A stretch of 64,000 bases of DNA from an uncultured delta proteobacterium. GTDB lineage: Bacteria > Myxococcota_A > Polyangia > Haliangiales > Haliangiaceae. Location: positions 128,001 to 192,000 of the forward strand of contig CAVUQH010000004.1 in assembly GCA_963743525.1 (NCBI GenBank), given 5' to 3'. The notes under the pieces are model-generated. The model made no database searches. It was not told the DNA's origin and saw nothing but the letters and a program-made list of their open reading frames with translations. Shown one piece after another: positions 8,635 to 18,628 of this stretch. A program made the translations under genes and the position numbers. Numbering within the stretch: the stretch's first letter is position 1; each line of letters begins with the position of its first letter.

Positions 8635-10356
8635 ATGGTGTCGCGCGCGGCCCTGCTCTTCCTGTCACTCCTGCCAATCGTCGGTGGCTGCAAGAAGTTG
8701 ACGGCCGGGCGCTGCGTGCAGCCGTCGATCACCATCGACGCCGACTATCCGGGCGCCTCTCCCCAACAGGTCGAGGCGACGGTGGTCAGGTCACTGGAGG
8801 CAGCGGTCGCCCCGGTGTCGCGACACATCGCCGCGGTCGCGCTGCCGGGCCACGCGCGGCTGGCGATCGTTCCCGCGGGAGACGGCGGGGTGGCGGCCCG
8901 ACAGGCGATCGTCGCGCGTCTGGCAGCGGCTCGCGACAGGCTGCCCGCCGACGTCGATCCGCCGGTGGTCACAACGATCGATCCAGCCGCGCCGACCGAG
9001 CTCTTGGCCGTGCGCGGCGCGGACCCAGCCGCCCTGACCTGGGTGGCGGATGCGTTTCGCAGCCGACTGCTCACCCGCCCGGGCGTGCAGCGCGTCACCC
9101 TGATCAACCCGTCGCGACGCGAGCTGCACATCGAGGTCGACCCGCGACGCCTGGACGCGTTCGGGCTGACGCTGGAAGAAGTCGCCACCCGCATCCAGTC
9201 GGCCAACGTCAACCTGCCGTCGGGCTCGATCACGGCCGGGGCGCGCCAGGTCGTCGTTCGCACGCGCGGCGCTTCGCCAGACGACCTCGGTGAGATTCCG
9301 ATCGCCGAGCACGCCAGCGTCCCCGTCTACCTGCACGACCTGGCCCAGGTGGAGGAGCGGCTCACCAACGACGCTCGCGTGCGCATCGACGGCCTGCCCG
9401 CCGTGCTGGTCGAGGTCGTGGGCCCGACCAAGACCGTCCTCGCCGAGGTCGCCGCGTTCGATCTCCCGGCACGGATCGAGATCGCACCACTGGGCGGGTT
9501 GCGACCACCGCCGTGCGACGGACCGCTGATTTCCGAGCAGGTTCCCGCACGCGCCCGGCTCGAGCTACATCTGCAGCTTCCGGACGGCTCGACCCTCGAC
9601 ACCGCCGAGGAGGCGCTCCACCAGATCGAGCGGCAGCTCGAACCGATGCTGCCCGCCGGCGCCACCGTGCTGTCCATCGTCGGAGCCACGGCGGGCTCGG
9701 CGGGCGATGGGCCCAACCGCGCAGCCGTCTTCGTCCTCGCCGATCGGCCGCTCGCGGCTACCTTCCTGCGAGCTGCCGCGGCCGCAACCGTGCCCGGTGC
9801 GTCGCTGTCGGTCGGCGGCGATGGTCGCCGCAGCGCGCTGGTGCGCCTCCGGCATCCCGACCTCGAGGTGCTGCGCGCGGCCGCCGGCGACCTGGCCAGG
9901 ACGCTCGAGGCGAGCCCCGGCGTCACCGCGATGACAACCCCGGTCCACGTGGACCTGACGGTGAAGCTGTCGCAGCGCGGCCGCGAGCTCGGCGTCACCC
10001 AGGCCGCGCTGGCCACAGCACTGCGCGCGCGGAACGGTGGCATCGACGTGGGCCGCTTGCTCCACGACGGCGACCGCGAACAGCTGCTCCTGACCACCGG
10101 CCGCGCGACCCAGGACGTCGCCGAGCTGGCCGGCATCCCCGTGCCCACCGCCGGCGGCGATCCCGTGCCCCTGGGCCAGGTGGCCACTCTCGAACAGGTC
10201 GCGGGCCCCGGCCAGATCGAGCGACGCGACCAACAACGCGTCACCTATGTGCAGGTGCGGGCGGACCGGGCAATCGATCTGGGGCAGCTCGTCGCCCGTG
10301 CCGCAGGCAAGCTCCGCGCGAGTACCAGGGATCTCCTGGTCGAGCCCCTGCGCTAA
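8635..10356 (+). CDS. Lipoprotein made only of RND (AcrB/CusA-like) periplasmic porter/docking domains
   Basis: VGGC lipobox; YPGASPQQVEATV, ELHIEVDPRRLDAFGLT, NVNLPSG, LPDGSTLD, VPLGQVA..IERRDQQR. No internal TM helices. Confidence 0.75.
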   Translation: MVSRAALLFLSLLPIVGGCKKLTAGRCVQPSITIDADYPGASPQQVEATVVRSLEAAVAPVSRHIAAVALPGHARLAIVPAGDGGVAARQAIVARLAAARDRLPADVDPPVVTTIDPAAPTELLAVRGADPAALTWVADAFRSRLLTRPGVQRVTLINPSRRELHIEVDPRRLDAFGLTLEEVATRIQSANVNLPSGSITAGARQVVVRTRGASPDDLGEIPIAEHASVPVYLHDLAQVEERLTNDARVRIDGLPAVLVEVVGPTKTVLAEVAAFDLPARIEIAPLGGLRPPPCDGPLISEQVPARARLELHLQLPDGSTLDTAEEALHQIERQLEPMLPAGATVLSIVGATAGSAGDGPNRAAVFVLADRPLAATFLRAAAAATVPGASLSVGGDGRRSALVRLRHPDLEVLRAAAGDLARTLEASPGVTAMTTPVHVDLTVKLSQRGRELGVTQAALATALRARNGGIDVGRLLHDGDREQLLLTTGRATQDVAELAGIPVPTAGGDPVPLGQVATLEQVAGPGQIERRDQQRVTYVQVRADRAIDLGQLVARAAGKLRASTRDLLVEPLR

Positions 10357-10501
10357 TCCCGGCCCTCGGGACGGAGAAATACCGTGGTTTCCCCGCCTGA
10401 TGGCCCCACGTACCGAATTTCATAGCGTTTCGTGGGACCCGGTGGTACACGCAAAGCTCTGGGGGCATCGGAGCCCCGCAATTGGAACGGAAAGAAGAGA
10501 C

Positions 10502-10807
10502 ATGTCGAAAAAGCTTTTTGTGGGCGGCCTGAGCTGGGACACCAGTGACGCGAGCCTGAATGCCGCCTTCGAGCGCTTCGGTCCCGTGGTCGAGGCCAAG
10601 GTCATCACCGATCGGGACACGGGCCGGTCGCGCGGGTTTGGTTTCGTCACGTTCGAAGCCCCGGCGGACGCCGACACCGCGATGGAGCAGATGGACGGCC
10701 AGGAGCTGGACGGACGCCGCGTGCGCGTCAACGTTGCCGAGGACAAGCGCGGCGGCGGTGGCGGTCGCGGTGGTCGCGGCGGCGGCGGCGGCGGCGGACG
10801 CTGGTAA
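10502..10807 (+). CDS. RRM RNA-binding protein with Gly/Arg-rich tail
   Basis: RNP2 KLFVGGL, RNP1 RGFGFVTF, RGG tail. Confidence 0.95.
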   Translation: MSKKLFVGGLSWDTSDASLNAAFERFGPVVEAKVITDRDTGRSRGFGFVTFEAPADADTAMEQMDGQELDGRRVRVNVAEDKRGGGGGRGGRGGGGGGGRW

Positions 10808-10829
10808 GCCCACGACCCAACCGCAATTC

Positions 10830-10866
10830 ACGGCGAGAGTGTTTGGCACTCTCGCCGTTTTCTTTT
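10830..10866 (+). terminator. Rho-independent terminator
   Basis: ACGGCGAGAGTG-tttgg-CACTCTCGCCGT stem followed by TTTCTTTT. Confidence 0.85.
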
Positions 10867-10940
10867 CGGCTGCGCACGGACTGCGCGCTACTGACACAGA
10901 TCGCGCCGGGCGCCAACGCCAACTAGCGATTTTTCCGACG

Positions 10941-10956
10941 TGGCATGGCGGATGCA
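10941..10956 (+). promoter_or_regulatory. Sigma54-like motif TGGCATGGCGGATGCA
   Basis: GG-N10-GC upstream of ATG 10970. Confidence 0.4.
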
Positions 10957-10969
10957 CGATCTGACCAGC

Positions 10970-11557
10970 ATGTTGCTCGACCGAGAATTGGACAGGAATC
11001 GCCTCGTCAGCCGAGTCGGCGCACTCACCGGGCTCACCGACCGCGAGCACATCGAACGCGCCATCGAGGCCACCATGGAGGTGCTGGCCGAGTACCGGCT
11101 GGCATCCGACTACGATCCCGAGCGCTTCTATCACCAGATCAGCGAGCGGGAGGGCACGTCACTCGGCTTCGCCATGGAGCACGCCCAGGTGGTGTTGCAG
11201 GTGATCGCCGAGATGATGGGAGAAGAGGATCGGCAGCGGTTGGTCCGCCACCTTCCGGACGAGATGGAGTCGCTGCTGCGGCCACCGGTGCGCGAGCCGG
11301 GGCTACCACCGCGTGGTCACGCGGGCGGCGGCCACACCCTGGCGACCGCCCGGCCGGGAAGCCGGCATCCCCTGGCCGACGCGCGGGCCGCGCGCGCACA
11401 GAGCCAGTCGATCGCCAGCACCGACGCGCCGCACGGCGACACCAACGTGGCCACCACCCACGGGATCCAGAAAGCCCCGTCGCTGGCCAGCGGCAAGCCG
11501 GGCAGCGAACGACCACTGGTTGACGTGCAGGAAGAGGGAGGCCGGTCGCGTCAGTGA
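10970..11557 (+). CDS. DUF2267-like protein with low-complexity repeated C-terminal motifs
   Basis: 'FYHQISEREGTSLGFAMEHAQVVLQVIAE..HLP'. Start uncertain. Confidence 0.65.
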   Translation: MLLDRELDRNRLVSRVGALTGLTDREHIERAIEATMEVLAEYRLASDYDPERFYHQISEREGTSLGFAMEHAQVVLQVIAEMMGEEDRQRLVRHLPDEMESLLRPPVREPGLPPRGHAGGGHTLATARPGSRHPLADARAARAQSQSIASTDAPHGDTNVATTHGIQKAPSLASGKPGSERPLVDVQEEGGRSRQ

Positions 11558-12435
11558 TGTGACGCGCCCGCCAGAGCCAGATACTGCGCGGCCAGCGCCT
11601 TGGCCGCGCGCAGATCCGCGCGCCGGAGCGCCTGCTCGTGCTCGAGCTCGAGCAGCTCCAGGGCGGCGAGATGATCGTCGCGGCTGCGGGTCAGCTCGTC
11701 GAGCGCCCGGTCGCCGCGATCGAGGGCGGCCTCCAGCTCGGCGTCGCGTTCGATCAGCTCGCGCTCGAGCTCGTCGCGCGCCTCGGTCGAGCGGTCGCGC
11801 TCGCCCTCGACGAAGGATATGTGCTCATCGGCGATGCGCACGCCGTGCTCGAGCCTGGCGACGTCGGCGCGGAGATCGCGAACCGTGGCTTCGGCGTCGG
11901 CCAGCTCCAGATCGCGCGCGGTCGCGCGCTCGACGGCGCCCCGGGTCCGCGACTCGGCGGCATCGAGTGCGGCGGCCAGCTCGTCGAGCTGACCGCGAAG
12001 GGCGGCCAGATCCGCCTCTGCCGCGGCGAGCTCGCCGTCGCGGGCGACCTCGCGCTCGGCCGCCTGGCGCGCCCGCTCGACGGCGTCGCGCAACCGCTGC
12101 TCGGCCGACTCCAGCTCACCGCGCAACTGATCGGCCTCACGGCCGCGCGCCACCAACTCGTCGCGCATGCGCATGAACTCGCGCTCGCGGGCCAGCGCCG
12201 CCTCGCTGTTGAACTCGCGCGCAGACTCGAGCTCGTCGCGCAGCCGCTGGTTTTCGGCGCGAAGCTCGGCCAGCAGCGCTCGGCTCTCCGAGGCCGCCGT
12301 GCCGTGAAGCTCGGGAAACAGGACGATCACCTCGCCGGTATCGGCATCGTCGCCACTGCCGGCGTCAGCCGAGGCGTCCACCGGCGCGGGGGGCGCGTCG
12401 ACCTGAGTCCCGGGATCTTCGAGCTCGCAGCTCAC
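11551..12435 (-). CDS. Acidic coiled-coil protein
   Basis: E/R/A/L heptad-rich 294-aa ORF with a sigma54-type motif just upstream. Confidence 0.65.
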   Translation of the reverse strand: MSCELEDPGTQVDAPPAPVDASADAGSGDDADTGEVIVLFPELHGTAASESRALLAELRAENQRLRDELESAREFNSEAALAREREFMRMRDELVARGREADQLRGELESAEQRLRDAVERARQAAEREVARDGELAAAEADLAALRGQLDELAAALDAAESRTRGAVERATARDLELADAEATVRDLRADVARLEHGVRIADEHISFVEGERDRSTEARDELERELIERDAELEAALDRGDRALDELTRSRDDHLAALELLELEHEQALRRADLRAAKALAAQYLALAGASHH

Positions 12436-12447
12436 GACCAGGAATGT

Positions 12448-12463
12448 TGCAATCCCGGTGCCC
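12448..12463 (-). promoter_or_regulatory. Sigma54-type motif GGGCACCGGGATTGCA
   Basis: GGCAC-N5-TTGCA consensus match. Confidence 0.6.
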
Positions 12464-12580
12464 GCTGGCCCGCCTTTTGTTCCAGAGGCTTGCGGAGCCG
12501 GCCTTGGAGACTCCGCTGCCCACTCTGATGGCTCCGGCCCTACCCCATCGGCACCGAGTAATTTGCGCTACGCTCCGCCC

Positions 12581-13387
12581 GTGACTCGAACCATCATCGC
12601 TCTCACCGTTGCCCTGGCCGGCTGCACGCCGCCGCCGCCCGCACAGCCGACCGCCGCTGGAGCCGCCGCCGCCGACCCGGAGCCGCGCGCCGAAGATGCG
12701 CTGTACCAGTGCCAGAAGGCCCAGGGCGACATCGAGGTTTCGTTCGCCCCCGGCGTCAGGCTGGCCGACCTGGTTTCCTGGGCGCGAGCGTTCACCTGCA
12801 AGCGGTTCGTCTACCGCAGCTGCCTGGGCGACGAACGACTGAACGTCGTCGCGCCCAAGCGCATGAGTGCACCCGAGGCGTGGGACCTGTTCGTGTCGTC
12901 GGCCGAGAGCGCCGGCCTGACGGTCAAGCTGCGCGGCGACACCATCGCCCTGTCGGGCGACGTTCCCTGCCCGGTGCGCCCGATCGCCGAGCACCGCCCG
13001 GCGAGGGAGAGCCGCCCGTTCGAGCGGCCGCGGATCGACCTGGAAGGTCGCATCAACAAGATCGACGACGCGACCTATCAGATCGACCGCAGTCTGCTCG
13101 ACGAAATCCAGGCCAACCCGATGGCGATCGCGCGGGGAGCGCGCATCGTCCCGGCGATCAAGAACGGCCAGCCGGCCGGCTTCAAGCTGTACGCGATCCG
13201 TCCGTCGTCGTTCTACGCCGCGATCGGCCTGCGCAACGGCGACACCATGACGGCGATCAACGGCATCGACCTGAGCAGCCCCGACAAGGCGCTCGAGGTC
13301 TACCAGAAGGTCAAGACGGCCGACTCGATCGTCGTGTCGATCACTCGCCGCGGCGTGCCGATCACCATCACCTATACGATCCGCTAG
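12581..13387 (+). CDS. Lipoprotein: GspD N0-like domain fused to GspC-type PDZ domain
   Basis: LAGC lipobox. N0-like 'LADLVSWARAFTCKRFVY..LNVVAPKRMSAPEAWDLFVSS..GLTV'. GspC-like 'ARIVPAIKNGQPAGFKLYAIRPSSFYAAIGLRNGD..INGIDL'. Confidence 0.75.
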   Translation: MTRTIIALTVALAGCTPPPPAQPTAAGAAAADPEPRAEDALYQCQKAQGDIEVSFAPGVRLADLVSWARAFTCKRFVYRSCLGDERLNVVAPKRMSAPEAWDLFVSSAESAGLTVKLRGDTIALSGDVPCPVRPIAEHRPARESRPFERPRIDLEGRINKIDDATYQIDRSLLDEIQANPMAIARGARIVPAIKNGQPAGFKLYAIRPSSFYAAIGLRNGDTMTAINGIDLSSPDKALEVYQKVKTADSIVVSITRRGVPITITYTIR

Positions 13388-13393
13388 AGAGTC

Positions 13394-14188
13394 ATGTGCG
13401 AGCTGTTTGCCATGTCGAGCCTGACCCCCGTGTCGGTCAGCTTCTCGTTCGAGGAGTTCGTTCGCCACGGCGGTGACACCGGCGTCCACGCCGACGGCTG
13501 GGGTGTCGCCTTCTACGACGGCCTAGACCTGCGCATCGTCCGCGAGCCGACCCCGGCGTGCGACAGCGCGTGCGTAACCCTGCTGCGCGACCACCCGATC
13601 CTGTCGCGCATCGTCATCTCCCACGTGCGCAAAGCCACCCAGGGCGAGCTGGCCCTGCACAACACCCAGCCGTTCCAGCGCGAGCTGGGCGGTCGCGTGC
13701 ACGTCTTCGCGCACAACGGCCACATGCCCGGCATCGGCGACCTGCCCGACGCCGGATCGCGGCGCTTCTGCCCCATCGGCACCACCGACTCGGAGATCGC
13801 GTTCTGTCAACTGCTCGCAGCGATGGCGCCGCTGTGGGATCGCGGCGACGCGCCGCCGCTGGCCGATCGCTTCGAGGTGGTCCGGACCTTCGCCGCCAGC
13901 GTGGCCGGGCTGGGTCCGGCCAACTTCGTCTACAGCGACGGCGAGGCGATCTTCGCCCACGCCCATCGGCGCACCCAGGCCGACAAAGAGATCAAGCCGC
14001 CGGGCATGCACCTGCTGACCGGCGCGGGGGCGCCGCCGGCCGATGCCGGCGTGCGTATCGATGACGGCAGGCGGGTGACTCTGGTCGCCAGCGTGCCGCT
14101 GTCCGACGAGCCGTGGCGGCCCCTCGACGAGGGCACGCTGCTGGCGCTGGTCGACGGCGACGTCGCCCTCGAAGCCACCGCGGCCTGA
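13394..14188 (+). CDS. Class II glutamine amidotransferase (YafJ/EgtC-like)
   Basis: N-terminal MCELF, DGWG, SHVRKAT, NTQPF, FAHNG, GTTDSE. Confidence 0.92.
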   Translation: MCELFAMSSLTPVSVSFSFEEFVRHGGDTGVHADGWGVAFYDGLDLRIVREPTPACDSACVTLLRDHPILSRIVISHVRKATQGELALHNTQPFQRELGGRVHVFAHNGHMPGIGDLPDAGSRRFCPIGTTDSEIAFCQLLAAMAPLWDRGDAPPLADRFEVVRTFAASVAGLGPANFVYSDGEAIFAHAHRRTQADKEIKPPGMHLLTGAGAPPADAGVRIDDGRRVTLVASVPLSDEPWRPLDEGTLLALVDGDVALEATAA

Positions 14189-14335
14189 CCGGGCGTCATC
14201 GGGCTCCGGATTGCCGGACAAGCTGCGAGGAAGACTACTTCCCTGCAACCGATTCAACTCGGGCCGCAACTGGACTGGTGACGGGATAGTGGCGGTTGTG
14301 TGAGACTGGCGTCCCGCTAAAAGTAGGAAGTCTCA

Positions 14336-16529
14336 ATGCCAACTTTCGTTCACTTCGCTCCTCCCCTCCTCTTCTCTCTCGCCTGCGCCTGTGGTGGTGG
14401 CGGCAAATCCAATCCCGACGCGCGCCCCGCTGGCGATGCCAACAGCACGCCGAGCGCCGTCGCCCACTACCAGCCGTTCACCACCGGTCAGGGTGGACCG
14501 TGGGGAGCCATCCCCTACCCGTCGGATCTCTATCTCGACGCGGACGGGCTGCTCACCCTGACCACCGTCCCGGACGGACCGGCCGCGACCGCCGACTACG
14601 AGATGATGCTTCGCGACGGCCTGCACACGATGAACGGCGCCGGCGTCTCGTCGGGGCTTTACGTGCCGATCGACGGCGACGTCGATCCCGACACCCTCGC
14701 CGGCAACGTCCATCTCGTCGACCTCGACAACAGCCTGGCCGAGATCCCCATCGACATGGTCTTCCGCCCGGACATCGGTGAGATCGTCGCCGTGCCCAAG
14801 TTCGGCGTCGCGCTGCTGCAAGAGCACAACTACGCCGGCTACGTGACCGACGGCGTCAAGGCGACCGACGGCACCGCGCTGGCCGCCGATGCGCCGTTCC
14901 TGCGAGTGGCCGATCTGGCGACGACACCCAGCGATCCGGCCGAGGCCGCCGCCCAGGCATCACTCCAGCCGCTGCTGTCGCAGCTCGGGGCCGACGCGGC
15001 CCACGTGGTCAGCGCGACGGTGTTCGAGACCGAGTCGGTGACCCGCGTGGCCGAGAAGATGCGCGACGTGGTCAACGCCAACCCGCCGAGCGTCACCGTC
15101 ACCCAGATCGTCGGCCCCGACGCGACCGCGCTGGAGGCGATCTTCGGCGTGCAAGCCGCCGACGCCGCCCCTGGCGGCATACCCAACGACGGCGGCCGCG
15201 CGCAGCCGCACAGCAAGGTCAAGGTGCTGATCCACGGCATGATCGGCCTGCCCAGCTTCCTCAGCGACACCGAGGGCGTCAACGGCTTTCCCACGTTCGA
15301 CAATAGCGGCACGCCGGAGCTCAAGGGCACGCACCAGGTCAAGTACACGCTGATCCTGCCCGACACCACCAGCTGGGCGAACCTGCCGGTGGTCATCTAC
15401 TACCACGGCATCAATCGCACGCGCGAAGACATGATCACCCAGGCCGACACGGTGACGAAGAAGGGCTGGGCGCTGCTGGCCATAGACGTTCCGTACCATG
15501 GCTCGCGCGCCAACAACGCCATGGACGTTCGCAACATGGTGCTCAACACCGAGACGCCCGACGGCTTCGGCGATGACACCGGCCTGTTCCCCGCGATCGG
15601 ACTGTTCCATCTCGGCGCCTCGGGCGGCATCCCCGGCGGCCACCCGCAGGCGATGCGGGAGAACCTGCGGCAGACCTCGATGGAGCTGATCTCGCTGGTG
15701 TCGTTCGTCGCCGACGGCGACGTGACGCCGTTGAAGACCGCGCTGGCCGGAGTCGGCGGACTCCCCAGTCGATCTGTCGTTCCGCAATCAGGTCGGCGTG
15801 GTCACCGAGTCGCTGGGCGGCTTCTTCGTGCTGCCCTCGGTGGCGCTCGAGCCGCGGATCGCGGTGGCTGCACTCTGTTCGCCGGCCTCGGGCTTTCCGT
15901 TCCCCACGCTGATGCACAGCCCGTTCTTCCACGGCACCTTCGTCACCGCGATCAGCAACCCGTTCAACATCGGCGACCGTCTGGTCCTCGGCGATCCGGT
16001 CAAGGACGCCCGCTGGGAGCCGATCGTCATGCTCTACAACAGCATCCTCGAGCAGGGCGAGGCGCTCGGTTTCGCCCCGTACATCCTCGACGGATCGCTG
16101 CGTGGCGACAACGGCCCCAACCTCACGATGACCATGACCTGGGGCGACGACACGGTGCCCAACGACGCCACCGAGAGTCTGGCGGGCATGATGGGGCTGC
16201 CGCGGCTGCGCACCCCCGCCGCCAACGTCACGCCCGAGTCCCCCGTGCGCTACGTGCCCCTCGACGAGCTGGACGGCCCGATCGCCGGCAACACGGGTGG
16301 CGGCAACGCAAGCGCAGCGCTGACGGTCCTGTACCCGGCGCCCCATGCGGTCAACCGCCTGTTCATCGGCGACCTCTGGTACATGCCCGACTTCCCGCCG
16401 TTCACGCCCTACGATCCGCCGATCAACGTTGACTCGCCGATCGTCGAGGTGCAAGCGCAGTGGAGCACCATGTTCGACGACTACTTCAGCGGCGCCAACG
16501 ACCCGCCGCGGATCATCGACTCCTTCTAG
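14336..16529 (+). CDS. Large lipase-like alpha/beta-hydrolase lipoprotein, one frameshift near 15765
   Basis: Lipoprotein signal, PYPSD, YYHGI, AIDVPYHG. Frame changes at CCCC 15763-15766 and continues to nucleophile-like TESLGG. Confidence 0.7.
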
Positions 16530-16530
16530 C

Positions 16531-17652
16531 TCAGCCCAGGCCGATAACGTCGGCCAGCTGGCCGCGGTGCCAGGCGCCGTCGCCGAAGTCGAGCTCGGCG
16601 ACGCGCGCGCGGCGGGCCAGGAGGTGCAGGTCGTGCTCGGCGGTGAAGCCGATGGCGCCGTGCACCTGGTGGCCCAGCGCGCAGGCACGAGCGACGGCGT
16701 CGCTCACCCACGCCTTGGCCACGGCCACGGTCTCGCCAGCCGCGGCGTCGCCGGCGTCCACGCACCAGACCGCCTCGCGGGTGATCGCGCGCGAGGCCAG
16801 GATGTCGGCCGCCATGTCGGCGCAATGGTGCTGCACCGCCTGGAAGGCGCCGATCGGCTGGCCGAAAGCGGTCCGCTCTTTGGCGTAGTCAACGGTCATC
16901 TCGAGGACGCGCTGGCCGATGCCTACCAGCTCGGCGCAGCGTGCGGCGGCGCCCCACGCCGCCAGCGCCCGGGCGATCGGCTCGCCCTGCCGCGGCCGGC
17001 CGAGGACGGCATCTTCGGCCAGCCGCACCCCGGTGAAGGTGACCTCGTGCGGGCGGTCGTCACCGATGCTCTGCTCGGCGCGCATGGCCACGCCCGCGGT
17101 GCCCGCGGGCACGAGGAAGACCGACAGCGCGTCACCGAGTCGCGCGACCACGAGCAGCAGATCGGCCACGTGGGCGTAGTCGACCAGCGTCGCCGCGCCG
17201 TCGACGAGATAGCCGTCGCGGTCGCGAGCAGCCGTCACCGCGACGGCGGTCGGCTCCCAGTCGCCTCCCGGCGCCGTGCGCGCCACGGCGATGATCCGCT
17301 CGCCGCCGGCGACCGCGGGCAGATGCGCGGCCTGCTGCGCCACCGAGCCGAAACTGGCGATGGCCCGGGCGCCGAGCACGACGGTGGACAGGAACGGGCC
17401 GGGCACGATCGCCCGGCCCTGCTCTTCCACCAGCAGGCACAGATCGATGAAGCCGGCGCCGAGGCCGCCGTGCTGCTCCGGCACGGCCAGGCCCAGCCAG
17501 CCGAGCTCGGCCATCTCGCGCCACAGCGACGGATCGTAGCCGCGCGCGTCGCCGGCCAGCCCGCGCACGTGTCCCGGGCCCGCGCGACGCGCCAGGAGCT
17601 TGCGCGCGGCGGCGCAGATCTCTTCCTGCTCCGGTGTGAGCGTGACGTCCAT
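16531..17652 (-). CDS. Acyl-CoA dehydrogenase, probable non-catalytic subunit of a heteromeric pair
   Basis: LWREMAELGWLGL, RTAFGQPIGAFQAVQH, HQVHGAIGFT. Confidence 0.88.
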   Translation of the reverse strand: MDVTLTPEQEEICAAARKLLARRAGPGHVRGLAGDARGYDPSLWREMAELGWLGLAVPEQHGGLGAGFIDLCLLVEEQGRAIVPGPFLSTVVLGARAIASFGSVAQQAAHLPAVAGGERIIAVARTAPGGDWEPTAVAVTAARDRDGYLVDGAATLVDYAHVADLLLVVARLGDALSVFLVPAGTAGVAMRAEQSIGDDRPHEVTFTGVRLAEDAVLGRPRQGEPIARALAAWGAAARCAELVGIGQRVLEMTVDYAKERTAFGQPIGAFQAVQHHCADMAADILASRAITREAVWCVDAGDAAAGETVAVAKAWVSDAVARACALGHQVHGAIGFTAEHDLHLLARRARVAELDFGDGAWHRGQLADVIGLG

Positions 17653-17654
17653 GG

Positions 17655-18596
17655 TCAGCTGCGCGGCGGCGTCTTGTCCGAGCGCACCCACACCCCCGGC
17701 CGGCTCTCGCAGAACAGCTGCACCAGCACGCCACCGGTCAGCTTGGGGTGGATGAAGGTGTCGTTCCACTGACCGCCGTCGGTCTCGCCGGCGTTGGCGC
17801 CGAAGGTGCGAACGTCGTGGTGCTCGCACGCCTTCATCGCCTGGTCCCAGTCGGCGACCTCGAAGGTCACGTGGTGGGCGGCCGCGCCGCGACCCTGCAG
17901 GAACTTGTCGATGAACGACTCGTCGCCGCGCGGCATGATGATCTCCCAGCAGATCGACGAGCCGGGAATGTTGAGCACCAGGTCGGCCATGTCCGGGTGC
18001 TCGTTCTCGGGCGTTCGCCAGACCTGACGGAAGCCGGCCAGCTCCTGGTACCAGGCGGCCAGCTCGTCGCGATTGTGGAAGCCCTGGCAGACGTGGTCGA
18101 TGCCGACGACGCCCAACGTAGGTGCGCCGGTCGACGCGACCGGCAGCTCCAGCGCCTCGGCGCCGGGAAGGTCGCCCCACGAGCCGCGCCCGCCGTGGCC
18201 GAACATGCGGAAGGTGACACCGGGGCCGTGGGCGGGCGGCGTCAGGCTGGCGTCGATCCAGCGGGTGATGTCGCCGGAGAACGCCAGGCCGCGGCGCCCG
18301 AGCTCGGCCACCGCCGCTTCCATGTCGGGCATCTCGACGCCGACGTGGAGCAGCCCGGGACCGCGCGGGCTGTCGAGGAACTCCTGCAGCGGCGAAGCAT
18401 CGCCGAGCGGTGCGACCAGCTCCCAGGCGTGGCCGCTGGTGCCGGGCACCTGCAGGCGAGCGCCCTGGACGCCGGCCTCCGGGTTCTTCCAGGTGCGCAC
18501 CCGGCGGAAGCCGAACAGCCCCTCGAGCATGGTGAGCTGCGCGCCAAGGTCTTTGACCGCGTGACAGATGTGATCGATGCGATAGAAGTCGAGCAT
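17655..18596 (-). CDS. Tandem-domain VOC protein (methylmalonyl-CoA epimerase-like)
   Basis: Two modules: IDHICHAV..GPGLLHV and IDHVCQ..HHVTFEV..FIHPKLTGGVLVQL. Confidence 0.8.
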   Translation of the reverse strand: MLDFYRIDHICHAVKDLGAQLTMLEGLFGFRRVRTWKNPEAGVQGARLQVPGTSGHAWELVAPLGDASPLQEFLDSPRGPGLLHVGVEMPDMEAAVAELGRRGLAFSGDITRWIDASLTPPAHGPGVTFRMFGHGGRGSWGDLPGAEALELPVASTGAPTLGVVGIDHVCQGFHNRDELAAWYQELAGFRQVWRTPENEHPDMADLVLNIPGSSICWEIIMPRGDESFIDKFLQGRGAAAHHVTFEVADWDQAMKACEHHDVRTFGANAGETDGGQWNDTFIHPKLTGGVLVQLFCESRPGVWVRSDKTPPRS

Positions 18597-18628
18597 GATT
18601 CTCTCTCGGGTTGGTGGTGGGCGCGCGC

